Origin: a virus
Lineage: Duplodnaviria > Caudoviricetes
IMG/VR virus record: IMGVR_UViG_3300017752_004479
Location: 1-29,115 of that record
DNA length: 29,115 nt
Reading direction: 5' to 3' (one strand)
Part shown: positions 1-8,905 of the stretch, piece by piece
How the letters are laid out: every line of letters begins with the position of its first letter
Position numbering within the stretch: position 1 is the first letter of the stretch
Notes under the pieces: model-generated
The model's input: the letters and a program-made list of their open reading frames with translations, nothing else
What the model was told of the DNA's origin: nothing
Database searches by the model: none
Program-made: the position numbers and the translations under genes

Positions 1-2
1 AT

Positions 3-923
3 TATTTACATGAAATAGGTAAAAATTGGTATGATTTCTTAGTTGATGGTGGTGTAGAATTTTTATGGGAAACTAAAGTAACATCTATTGATTTTGATAA
101 TAATGAATTATTTATTGGTGAAGAAGAATCTTTTGTAAATCCAAAAAATTGGCCTATTTCATATGATACACTTATCTTTGGTGTAGGTAAAAGTGGTATT
201 GATTTTGGTAAACAACTAGCTGAACAATATGATTTACCAACTGAACCCAAACCAGTACAAATAGGTGTTAGATTTGAAGCACCACAAAAACACTTTCAAA
301 AATTAATTGATATAAGTTATGATTTTAAATTATATAGAAAATTTGAGGAAGCAGGAGTATCACTTCGTTCCTTTTGTACTAATAACAATGCAGCTTATGT
401 AGCTGTAGAAGAAACATACGGTAACCATTCATATAATGGTCACGCTAAAAAAGACGAAAAGTTTAGAAACGATATGACCAATTTTGGTATTCTAATGGAA
501 GTTAGAGGTATTGATAAACCATTTGAATGGTCTAGAGATGTAGTAAATAAATTACAAAAAGATGGCACAGGATTATATTATAGTCCAACTAGAGAACCAT
601 CAACTACATCAGAAGGTGTAAATGTATCAGCAATTAAAGTAGATACAATGCATGAAATAACTAAAGCGATGCAACCATATTTTTGGTATGTATTGGATTT
701 TATTGAAGACATGAAAAAAGTATTTCCAACACTTAAAGATGATTGGGGTATTTATGTGCCTGAAGTAAAATACCTTTCTCCTGAGCCGCTTGTCGATTAT
801 ACCAATTTAGCCCTCACCAAGTATCCTAACGTTCACTTTGTTGGCGATGCATTATCAGCTAGAGGTATAACGGTAAGCGGCGCACAAGGAACATATGTTG
901 CTGAATCACTTTTGGAAAATTAA
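3..923 (+). CDS. FAD-dependent oxidoreductase/dehydrogenase (COG2509-like), 5'-truncated by the window edge
   Basis: Frame of the 474..923 ORF is open back to nt 3 (YLHEIGKNWYDFL...). Motifs IFGVGKSG, IGVRFE, RSFCTN, YNGHA, TNFGIL, PEVKY and C-terminal FAD-binding HFVGDALSARGITVSGAQG. Confidence 0.8.
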   Translation, partial: YLHEIGKNWYDFLVDGGVEFLWETKVTSIDFDNNELFIGEEESFVNPKNWPISYDTLIFGVGKSGIDFGKQLAEQYDLPTEPKPVQIGVRFEAPQKHFQKLIDISYDFKLYRKFEEAGVSLRSFCTNNNAAYVAVEETYGNHSYNGHAKKDEKFRNDMTNFGILMEVRGIDKPFEWSRDVVNKLQKDGTGLYYSPTREPSTTSEGVNVSAIKVDTMHEITKAMQPYFWYVLDFIEDMKKVFPTLKDDWGIYVPEVKYLSPEPLVDYTNLALTKYPNVHFVGDALSARGITVSGAQGTYVAESLLEN

Positions 924-941
924 AATAAATTTCGTATATTA
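911..941 (+). promoter_or_regulatory. Putative host-type (early/middle) promoter TTTGG-N18-GTATATTA
   Basis: Same two boxes with identical spacing at 21500-21530; resembles the Bacteroidota primary sigma consensus TTTG-N19/21-TAnnTTTG. Confidence 0.55.
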
Positions 942-956
942 TAATAAATAAAAATT

Positions 957-1217
957 ATGACACCAAAAACACCATTTCCACAGAGTAGAAAATTAAAAAA
1001 GGCAGACGGAACCATTGCTTATGTATGGGACGGTAAATTACATAATTGGGAGGGACATGCTTTAATTCCTGAGGGCAATGAAAAAAAAGGAGAATATCAT
1101 TTATATGGTATTAAACATACTAAAGAAGAATGGAGTGAGGCTAGATCTCAAAGAGAAGGATTACCTTATTATAAAAACCAATCAATGAAAGCACACCTTT
1201 CAGATTATAGAAATTAA
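957..1217 (+). CDS. Hypothetical phage protein with GKLHxxxGxALI motif
   Basis: 86 aa ORF with A-rich start context; WDGKLHNWEGHALIPEG resembles the LHRxDGPA repeat unit of small phage proteins. Confidence 0.6.
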   Translation: MTPKTPFPQSRKLKKADGTIAYVWDGKLHNWEGHALIPEGNEKKGEYHLYGIKHTKEEWSEARSQREGLPYYKNQSMKAHLSDYRN

Positions 1218-1220
1218 GAT

Positions 1221-1751
1221 ATGAAAATAGGTTTATGTGGTACAATGAGTGTAGGTAAAACTACATTAGTTAATGCTTTAAAAGAAACAAAACAATTTAA
1301 AGATTATATGTTTAGAACAGAACGTTCTAAGTTTTTAATGGAACAGGGTATTCCATTAAATACTGATTCAACATTAAAGGGTCAAACTGTATTTTTAGCT
1401 GAACGTTGTGCTGAATTAATTCAAACAGATATTATCACAGATAGAACAGTAATAGATGTTATGGCATTTACTTTAAACGCAAAATCAATTCCTTATCAAG
1501 ATAAGGAAGCATTTGAAGAATATGCTAAAGAATTTATTAGAGAGTATGATTATATATTTTACATTTCTCCTTATGGAATAGATATTGAAGATAATGGAGT
1601 AAGAGAAACAGATGAACATTATAGAGATCTAATTGATTTTACTATCACTACATTAATTAAAAGATATGGACATAAAGCGGGTAAAATAGAAAAAATATCT
1701 GGATCTACAGAGGAACGTATTCAACAAATATTAAATATTACAGGCCTTTAA
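1221..1751 (+). CDS. P-loop NTPase / nucleotide-kinase-like protein (AAA_28/NadR-like)
   Basis: N-terminal KIGLCGTMSVGKTTL Walker A; IITDRTVID; YDYIFYI; IEDNGVR. Confidence 0.75.
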   Translation: MKIGLCGTMSVGKTTLVNALKETKQFKDYMFRTERSKFLMEQGIPLNTDSTLKGQTVFLAERCAELIQTDIITDRTVIDVMAFTLNAKSIPYQDKEAFEEYAKEFIREYDYIFYISPYGIDIEDNGVRETDEHYRDLIDFTITTLIKRYGHKAGKIEKISGSTEERIQQILNITGL

Positions 1752-1752
1752 C

Positions 1753-1766
1753 ATATTTATAATAAA
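1753..1766 (+). promoter_or_regulatory. Putative phage late promoter ATATTTATAATAAA
   Basis: Exact 14-mer found 9 times in intergenic gaps just upstream of start codons. Confidence 0.7.
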
Positions 1767-1777
1767 ACCCTATTATA

Positions 1778-2335
1778 ATGAAAAAATCTGAATTAAAAAA
1801 TTATATCAGAGAAAATATTATTTCTACCCTATCTGAGGATACTGATGCAGAAATTGCTAAAACTAAAGAATTAACTGCAGCTATCCAAGATCTTGAAGCA
1901 GCTAAAAAAGAAGCTGGTATTGAAGAAGATGCTACACCAAAAGGTGAAGACTTTTTTTATGATTATTTAGACATTGGCATGTTTTATTTAGAAGGATTTG
2001 GTAAAAAACATTCTTTAGATGATACCCAGTTAGAAAAACTAGGTAAAAAAATAGTAGACCAATTATATAAAGGTGATGTTGGTAAAGCATATGATGCTAT
2101 TGTTAAAAGAGGTGCAATGAAAGAAGATGAAGATAAAGAACCATCTAAAGCAGATCTTAAAAAAACAAAAGGTTTAGCTAAAGCAAAAGAAGAATTAGCT
2201 TTATTAACTCGTGAAATGAAGTCATTAGCTAAAAAGTATTCTAAAGCTGAAGGTTTAGAAAAAGAAATGGTATTAAATTTATTAAAATCTAAAACTAAAT
2301 TAAAAAAGGAATTAGAAGCTATTATAGATAAGTAA
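1778..2335 (+). CDS. Putative internal head protein (Glu/Lys-rich, gp21-type cleavage sites)
   Basis: N-terminus MKKSELKNYIRENIISTLSE; hydrophobic-x-E sites IRE, LSE, IEE, MKE; late motif upstream. Confidence 0.5.
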   Translation: MKKSELKNYIRENIISTLSEDTDAEIAKTKELTAAIQDLEAAKKEAGIEEDATPKGEDFFYDYLDIGMFYLEGFGKKHSLDDTQLEKLGKKIVDQLYKGDVGKAYDAIVKRGAMKEDEDKEPSKADLKKTKGLAKAKEELALLTREMKSLAKKYSKAEGLEKEMVLNLLKSKTKLKKELEAIIDK

Positions 2336-2339
2336 AAGA

Positions 2340-2717
2340 ATGTGGTTAAAAAAAAATCTTAACCTATTAGTTATATTAGGAGCTTGTATCATAATTTTTA
2401 CCTTTTTTGAAAAAAGAGAAGATTATGTAGAAGAATATAATGCTAAGATAATAGCATTAGAACAAAAAGTTGATTCGTTACATCATGAAAATGACGAATT
2501 GACTTTTAAAATCGACACATTAAATGTGGAGATAAGCAAATTAGATCAACAACTTGATCTTAAAGATGACAGAATAAACAACTTAAGATATGAAATTAGT
2601 ACCAAAGTTGATGCTGTTGATAGCTTTAATGATGATGAGCTCGAAAAGTTTTTCACAAAACGTTACGGACAGTACCTCGATTCAATTAAAGAGACCAATA
2701 GCCAAATTAGTAATTAA
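2340..2717 (+). CDS. Membrane-anchored coiled-coil protein, i-spanin (Rz)-like
   Basis: N-terminal TM (LNLLVILGACIIIFTFF) followed by heptad-rich helix; overlaps the next gene in another frame. Confidence 0.55.
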   Translation: MWLKKNLNLLVILGACIIIFTFFEKREDYVEEYNAKIIALEQKVDSLHHENDELTFKIDTLNVEISKLDQQLDLKDDRINNLRYEISTKVDAVDSFNDDELEKFFTKRYGQYLDSIKETNSQISN

Positions 2718-3003
2718 AGATCTTATTACTGGAGATGGAATTAAAAATGAATTAGCTCTTACTTTAGATAAGATTAAACTTTTTGAACAAAAATTAGTTT
2801 TAAAAGATAGTGTTATATTTAATTTAAATAATAAAGTTAATAACTTTAACTCTATCCTACTAACAAAATCAGATCAATTACTCTTATCCCAAAAATTGTC
2901 AAAAAAGTTAGAAACAGATTTAAAGGCACAAAAAATAAAAACTAAACTTATGGGTGGAGCAGGTATAGTAGCTGTTTTAGGGGTAATATTTTTACTAAAA
3001 TAA
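2590..3003 (+). CDS. Exported coiled-coil protein with signal peptide and C-terminal hydrophobic segment, spanin-partner-like
   Basis: MKLVPKLMLLIALMMMSSKSFS|QN signal peptide, coiled coil, C-terminal LMGGAGIVAVLGVIFLLK; 128-nt overlap with upstream gene. Confidence 0.5.
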   Translation: MKLVPKLMLLIALMMMSSKSFSQNVTDSTSIQLKRPIAKLVIKDLITGDGIKNELALTLDKIKLFEQKLVLKDSVIFNLNNKVNNFNSILLTKSDQLLLSQKLSKKLETDLKAQKIKTKLMGGAGIVAVLGVIFLLK

Positions 3004-3006
3004 CAT

Positions 3007-4578
3007 ATGGCTGATCTTAAAAAGGTAATACGTCAAGAATATTTAAAATGTGCTAGAGACCCAGTGCATTTTATGCGTAAATACTGTTATATACAGCACC
3101 CACAAAGAGGACGTATACAGTTTAATTTATATCCATTCCAAGAAAAAGTATTAACGCTAATGCGCGATAATCCTTATTCAATTATTTTAAAATCTAGACA
3201 GTTAGGAATATCAACGTTATCCGCAGGTTATTCTTTATGGTTAATGATATTTCATAAGGATAAAAATATTCTTTGTATTGCAACAAAACAAGAAACAGCT
3301 AAAAACATGGTTACAAAAGTAAAGTTCATGTATGAAAATTTACCTTCATGGCTTAAAGTAGATGCAGCTGAAAATAATAAATTAACCTTAAGGTTAGTAA
3401 ATGGGTCCCAAATAAAGGCAACATCAGCTTCAAGTGATGCAGGTAGATCTGAAGCAGTATCTCTACTACTTATTGATGAAGCAGCTTTTATTGATAATAT
3501 TGGAGAAATTTGGGCATCAGCACAACAAACATTAGCAACTGGGGGTGGTTGTATAGCATTATCAACCCCTTATGGTACTGGTAATTGGTTTCATCAAACA
3601 TGGGTTAGAGCAGAATCTAGTGAAAATCAATTTTTACCTATTAAATTACCTTGGTTTGTCCACCCAGAACGAGATCAAAAATGGAGAGATCAACAAGATG
3701 AATTACTAGGTGATCCTAGAATGGCGGCACAGGAATGTGACTGTGACTTTAGCACATCAGGTGATATTGTATTTTATCCTGAATATATAGATTTTTATGA
3801 AAAAACCTATGCAAAAGACCCTATGGAAAGAAGAGGTGCAGACCAAAATTTATGGGTTTGGGAATCACCTGATTATACAAGAGATTATGTAGTAGTAGCT
3901 GATGTTGCTCGTGGAGATGGTAAAGATTATTCAGCATGTCATGTAATTGATGTATCAAATAATGTACAAGTTGCAGAATATAAAGGGCAATTAGGTACAA
4001 AAGAATTTGGACACTTATTAGTTGGTTTAGCTACTGAATATAATGAAGCAATGTTAGTAATAGAAAATGCTAATATTGGCTGGGCAACTATACAAGTTGC
4101 TCTAGATAGGCAATATCCTAACCTTTACTATTCACAAAAGAGTGATTCCCCAAATGCTAGTTCGTATTTTGATAAGTACCAAGATCATTCAAAAATGGTA
4201 GCTGGTTTTACAATGTCATCTAGAACACGCCCTATGGTAATAGGTAAATTTCAAGAATACATTAGTGATAAAGGAGTAACAATACAATCAAAAAGGTTAA
4301 TTGAAGAAATGAAAACCTTTATATGGAAAAATAATAGAGCAGAAGCTCAAAGTGGATATAATGATGATTTAGTAATGTCTTTTGGTATTGCTATGTATAT
4401 TAGAGATACTGCTTTAAGATTAAGACAAAAAGGTTTAGACGGAGCTAAAAATGCATTGAGTAATATGTCAGTTAATAGAACACCTTACCAAGGGGGTTAT
4501 GGAAGTAACCCATATAATAAAAATCCATATGAACAAAACTTTGGAAATGGTAAGGAAGACATTAGATGGCTTTTCTAA
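3007..4578 (+). CDS. terL: Terminase large subunit (T4 gp17-like)
   Basis: LYPFQ, Walker A LKSRQLGIST, Walker B LLLIDEAAFI, coupling motif LSTPYG, nuclease ADVARGDGKDYS and DDLVMS. Confidence 0.97.
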   Translation: MADLKKVIRQEYLKCARDPVHFMRKYCYIQHPQRGRIQFNLYPFQEKVLTLMRDNPYSIILKSRQLGISTLSAGYSLWLMIFHKDKNILCIATKQETAKNMVTKVKFMYENLPSWLKVDAAENNKLTLRLVNGSQIKATSASSDAGRSEAVSLLLIDEAAFIDNIGEIWASAQQTLATGGGCIALSTPYGTGNWFHQTWVRAESSENQFLPIKLPWFVHPERDQKWRDQQDELLGDPRMAAQECDCDFSTSGDIVFYPEYIDFYEKTYAKDPMERRGADQNLWVWESPDYTRDYVVVADVARGDGKDYSACHVIDVSNNVQVAEYKGQLGTKEFGHLLVGLATEYNEAMLVIENANIGWATIQVALDRQYPNLYYSQKSDSPNASSYFDKYQDHSKMVAGFTMSSRTRPMVIGKFQEYISDKGVTIQSKRLIEEMKTFIWKNNRAEAQSGYNDDLVMSFGIAMYIRDTALRLRQKGLDGAKNALSNMSVNRTPYQGGYGSNPYNKNPYEQNFGNGKEDIRWLF

Positions 4579-4581
4579 ATC

Positions 4582-4594
4582 ATATTTATAATAA
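4582..4594 (+). promoter_or_regulatory. Putative phage late promoter
   Basis: ATATTTATAATAA 12 nt before portal ATG. Confidence 0.65.
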
Positions 4595-4606
4595 TAACAA
4601 CACATT

Positions 4607-6535
4607 ATGGCTGATAAAAGCGTATTTTCAAGATTAAAAAGATTATTTTCAACTGATGTTGTAATAAGAAATGTAGGTGGAAACCAAGTTAAAGTAATTG
4701 ATAGTGGTAAAATACAATCCACAGGAGAAATTGCTACAAATTCGTTAGTTGATAGATATAATAGAATATATTCTACTAGTCCTACTTCATTATATGGTGC
4801 TCAATTTAACATGAACTACCAGTACCTTAGACCACAATTATATTCTGAATATGATTTGATGGATCAAGATGCTATTATTGCTTCTGCTTTAGATGTATTA
4901 GCAGATGAATCAACTTTAAAAAATGATATGGGTGAAGTACTTCAAATTAGAAGTGCTAACGAAGATATACAAAAAATATTATATAACCTATTTTATGATG
5001 TATTAAACATTGAGTTTAATCTTTGGATGTGGGTTCGTCAAATGTGTAAATATGGAGATTTCTTTTTAAAACTAGAAATAGCCGAAAAATATGGGGTTTA
5101 TAATGTTATCCCTTACACAGCATATCATATTGAAAGGCAAGAAGCATTTGACCCAGATAACCCATCAGCAATAAGATACAGGTATGCTCCTGATGGGATG
5201 GATAATTTAAGTTCTGGTATGTACCCTGTACCTGGAGCTGGTGGTGGAAATTTAATGAATGAAACTGGTATATTCTTTGATAACTATGAAATGGCTCATT
5301 TTAGACTTATATCAGATGTTAATTATCTTCCTTATGGTAGAGCTTATATCGAACCCGCACGTAAACTTTACAAACAATATGTGTTAATGGAGGATGCAAT
5401 GTTAATTCATAGAATTGCTCGTGCTCCTGAAAAGCGTATTTTTTATATGAATGTTGGGTCTATCCCTCCAAATGAAATAGAAACGTTTATGCAAAAAACT
5501 ATTTCACAACTTAAGCGCACGCCATTTCAAGATAATAAAACTGGTGAGTATAATTTAAAGTATAACATGCAAAACATGTTAGAAGATTTTTATATTCCAA
5601 TTAGAGGCAATGATGCTACCACAAAAATAGAAACTACACCTGGGCTACAGTATGATGGAATTCAAGATGTGGAATATTTAAGAGGTAAATTATTTGCAGC
5701 ACTTAAAATACCTAAAGCCTTTTTAGGTTATGAAGAAGGAGTAGAGGGTAAAGCTACATTAGCACAACAAGATATTAGATTTGCTCGTACTATAGAAAGA
5801 CTACAAAGAATAGTATTATCAGAATTAAATAAAATTGCTTTAGTCCACCTATATACTCAAGGATACACAGACGAAACATTAACTAATTTTACATTAGAAA
5901 TGGCTAGTCCATCTATTGTATTAGAACAAGAAAAAATTGAGTTACTTAAATCTAAAACTGAATTAGCTGGGACATTACTAGAACAAAATTTAGTACCATC
6001 TGATTGGATTTATGATAATGTATATCAATTTAGTGAAGACCAATATGATGAATACAGAGATTTATCTAGAGAAGATGCTAAACGTAAATTTAGAATAACA
6101 CAAATTGAAGCAGAAGGTAACGACCCAGTTGAAACGGGTAAATCATATGGTACACCTCATGATTTGGCTTCATTATATGGTAGTGGAAGAATGTATACAA
6201 ACCCAGGTGGTGTCCCAGATCCAGAAAAATATGCTGCAGATGATCCTAAATTAGGTAGGCCAAAAGACACTAATGTAAAACGTAATACACAAGATGATAA
6301 TTTTGGTAAAGATAGATTAGGAGTTAAACGTATGAAGGATAAGGATAAAAATGATTCTAATTCTATTAAACCTAAATTTAATGGAGGACCATTAGCACTT
6401 GAAAGTGCTCATATAACATATTTAAAAAATAAGGATATGTTTAAAAACATCCCCCAACCTAGTAAAAAACAATTAGTATTTGAGGAAGATAAAGATAGTA
6501 CTTCACTATTAGATGAGAAACAATTAAAGAAGTAA
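4607..6535 (+). CDS. Portal protein (T4 gp20-like)
   Basis: LMEDAMLIHRIARAPEKRIFYMNVG, MLEDFYIP, IETTPG, DVEYLRGKLFAALKIP, DIRFARTIERLQ; directly follows TerL. Confidence 0.96.
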   Translation: MADKSVFSRLKRLFSTDVVIRNVGGNQVKVIDSGKIQSTGEIATNSLVDRYNRIYSTSPTSLYGAQFNMNYQYLRPQLYSEYDLMDQDAIIASALDVLADESTLKNDMGEVLQIRSANEDIQKILYNLFYDVLNIEFNLWMWVRQMCKYGDFFLKLEIAEKYGVYNVIPYTAYHIERQEAFDPDNPSAIRYRYAPDGMDNLSSGMYPVPGAGGGNLMNETGIFFDNYEMAHFRLISDVNYLPYGRAYIEPARKLYKQYVLMEDAMLIHRIARAPEKRIFYMNVGSIPPNEIETFMQKTISQLKRTPFQDNKTGEYNLKYNMQNMLEDFYIPIRGNDATTKIETTPGLQYDGIQDVEYLRGKLFAALKIPKAFLGYEEGVEGKATLAQQDIRFARTIERLQRIVLSELNKIALVHLYTQGYTDETLTNFTLEMASPSIVLEQEKIELLKSKTELAGTLLEQNLVPSDWIYDNVYQFSEDQYDEYRDLSREDAKRKFRITQIEAEGNDPVETGKSYGTPHDLASLYGSGRMYTNPGGVPDPEKYAADDPKLGRPKDTNVKRNTQDDNFGKDRLGVKRMKDKDKNDSNSIKPKFNGGPLALESAHITYLKNKDMFKNIPQPSKKQLVFEEDKDSTSLLDEKQLKK

Positions 6536-6545
6536 ATTCCTCCTA

Positions 6546-6560
6546 ATATTTATAAATAAA
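6546..6560 (+). promoter_or_regulatory. Putative phage late promoter variant
   Basis: ATATTTATAAATAAA, which contains the T4 late consensus TATAAATA at 6551-6558. Confidence 0.6.
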
Positions 6561-6571
6561 TATATTTTTTG

Positions 6572-7435
6572 ATGAAAATAAAACACTCAAAGTACAAAAA
6601 TACAGGTATATTATTTGAACTGTTAGTACGTCAAATTACCGCTGATACTTTAAAAGGTGGTAATTCACCAGCAATAGATATACTAAAAGAATATTTTGTT
6701 AATACTTCTTTAGGTAAAGAATATAAACTTTATGAGTCTATATTAAAATCAAAAGTAATAACTGAAGGTAGAGCTACATTAGTAATTGATACCTTACTAG
6801 AAGCATCTACTAAATTTAACAGAAAATCTTTAAAAAAACAAAAGTATAATCTAATTAATGAAATTAAAAAACATTATAATTTAGAATCCTTTTTTGGTTC
6901 TAAAATATCTGATTATAAAGAATTAGCTGCTTTATATACTTTAATTGAAGGAATTAATAGTAAAGAAATATCCCACCCTAAACAACTAGTTGATAATAAA
7001 ATTACTTTATTAGAACATCTAACTAAAAAAGAAATTAAACAAGATGCTAAACAAACAGTACTTGAAGAATTTTCTGGGTATGATAAAGATGTAAGAACCT
7101 TAACATACAGAGTATTACTAGAAAAATTTAACGATAAATATGATTCATTGACTAATGATCAAAAACAAGTACTTAAAGAATATATTAATTCAGTAGATTC
7201 AACCCCTGATTTAAGAAATTTTTATAATAATAAAATTAATGAATTAAAAAATACTTTAGTTAAAGAAACTAAAAATATTAAAGATAAAGCTACCCAAATA
7301 AAAATTACTGAGGTATCTAAATTTTTAACTGAATTAAAGAAAACTGATAAAGTTGGAGATGATAATTTAGTTGATTTGTTACGTTATTATCAATTAATAA
7401 ATGAAATACAAGTAGCAAATGGCGTACAAGTATAA
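6572..7435 (+). CDS. Head-region protein of unknown function (KHSKYKNTGILFELLVRQI N-terminus)
   Basis: Long helical ORF between portal and protease; ATG at 6572 preferred over TTG at 6569. Confidence 0.7.
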   Translation: MKIKHSKYKNTGILFELLVRQITADTLKGGNSPAIDILKEYFVNTSLGKEYKLYESILKSKVITEGRATLVIDTLLEASTKFNRKSLKKQKYNLINEIKKHYNLESFFGSKISDYKELAALYTLIEGINSKEISHPKQLVDNKITLLEHLTKKEIKQDAKQTVLEEFSGYDKDVRTLTYRVLLEKFNDKYDSLTNDQKQVLKEYINSVDSTPDLRNFYNNKINELKNTLVKETKNIKDKATQIKITEVSKFLTELKKTDKVGDDNLVDLLRYYQLINEIQVANGVQV

Positions 7436-8663
7436 ACTTAGTGAAATGTCTAAAACTGCTTCTCCTGAAGCGGCTGAAAAGGAAACAGGAATTCCAAAAG
7501 ATGACCAACGTGTAGGAAAAGTTACTTATAGTAAAGATGGTGATACCAAATTTACTGTTACTAATATAAATCCTGAAACGGGTCAAATATCTTGGAAAAT
7601 TACTAACCTCCCTGCTTTTGATAAATTACTTGATGATGCTGATGCATTAATTTCTACTTCTAAAGGTGTTTACACTAAAACCAAAGACGATGAAAAATTC
7701 AGAGAGTTTTACGAAGAAGCAAGATCGATAAGAAATAAAATCAGAAAACACCTTAGAAACGAATACCCAGACGAATATAAAAGAATACAAATGTTTGGGG
7801 AAGCTTATAGTGGATTTTTAAGAAACCCAGAAGACCCAGATTCAAAACCATTTGAACCAAAAGGAGCAGTGTCTGAATTTAGAGAAGAGTTAAGAGCATT
7901 ATTTGGTAAATTTAAAGGTGATCTAAAAAACCCAGAGTTTATAAAAGGAGTAGCTCAAATAATGGTTAATTGGAAATCACTTTTAAGAAGTCAAATGGAT
8001 GAAGCTGATGTAGACGAAGCGTCAATGTCAGGTGCAGCTGGTGCTTATAATACACCTTATGCTTTTAGAAAAAAAGGTTCTAAACCTAATGTAGGTGCTT
8101 TAACTAAATTAGGATATAAATTAGTTAAAAAAGATAAAGAGGATATAAATGAAGAAAAAGCTATTACATTTAGACCCGGTACTTTGGATGATATAGAATT
8201 ATCAACACGAATATTAGATAAATTTGGAATTAAATATAAAATAAATAATTATGATCTAATATTATCAAATGACGATTATTTAGTTGTTTTAGACTATTTA
8301 AAAGGTGGAAATAATGTTAATGTTAATTTATCAAATTCAATATTAAATGAAAATGAATCACCATCATTAAATGCTAAAACATATGCTGAAGATATGATGA
8401 GACAATATCGTAAAATGTTTAGAATTGTTGACGGTAACTTTGGTAAAGAAGCAGCAGAAGAATTTAAAAATATTGTAAAGTCTAAAATGGCTCAATTACA
8501 AGAAGGAGTAGGCGCTAGTTTAGGCCCTGGTCCCAAAGCAGGTCCTGATGGGGTTACTGATAGCGCTTATACAAAACAATTTAAATATAAATTAGTTCCT
8601 AAAACAAAAGATGGTACATATGTACAAAAAGGATCAGGAATGGTAGTTAAAAAACTATTTTAA
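7419..8663 (+). CDS. Putative internal head protein / protease-processed polyprotein
   Basis: 414 aa; many hydrophobic-x-E sites (LSE, VSE, MDE, VDE, INE, LNE, LQE); GAYNTPYAF motif; lies in the head module. Confidence 0.55.
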   Translation: MAYKYKLSEMSKTASPEAAEKETGIPKDDQRVGKVTYSKDGDTKFTVTNINPETGQISWKITNLPAFDKLLDDADALISTSKGVYTKTKDDEKFREFYEEARSIRNKIRKHLRNEYPDEYKRIQMFGEAYSGFLRNPEDPDSKPFEPKGAVSEFREELRALFGKFKGDLKNPEFIKGVAQIMVNWKSLLRSQMDEADVDEASMSGAAGAYNTPYAFRKKGSKPNVGALTKLGYKLVKKDKEDINEEKAITFRPGTLDDIELSTRILDKFGIKYKINNYDLILSNDDYLVVLDYLKGGNNVNVNLSNSILNENESPSLNAKTYAEDMMRQYRKMFRIVDGNFGKEAAEEFKNIVKSKMAQLQEGVGASLGPGPKAGPDGVTDSAYTKQFKYKLVPKTKDGTYVQKGSGMVVKKLF

Positions 8664-8664
8664 T

Positions 8665-8898
8665 ATGTATAACCGTAATATAAAAGAAAACAAAAATAAA
8701 GCATCTAAATTTCATGAGGAACGTATAGAAGCTTTTAATAAATTAGAAGCTAGATTTGAGGATATTAAAAAATCAATCAAATTAGCTAAAATAGAAACAA
8801 TAAAATATTACAGAGATAATCCAGAAAGCTTTGCTGTCGTAATTGGGACAGATATGATTAACGATTATTTTAACGATATAGAAACATTATTACAATAA
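8665..8898 (+). CDS. Hypothetical helical protein, head module
   Basis: 77 aa ORF tightly packed between neighbours; promoter-like ATATGTATAA overlaps its start (8663-8672). Confidence 0.6.
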   Translation: MYNRNIKENKNKASKFHEERIEAFNKLEARFEDIKKSIKLAKIETIKYYRDNPESFAVVIGTDMINDYFNDIETLLQ

Positions 8899-8905
8899 TA
8901 TAATT

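Noticed and set aside
474-923. 149-aa ORF as a complete gene
   Set aside because: The frame is open upstream to the window edge with family motifs, so ATG 474 is internal.
1778-3003. Small terminase subunit upstream of terL
   Set aside because: The two adjacent ORFs have membrane/signal features and 1778..2335 shows no recognisable gp16 motif; no TerS call can be supported.
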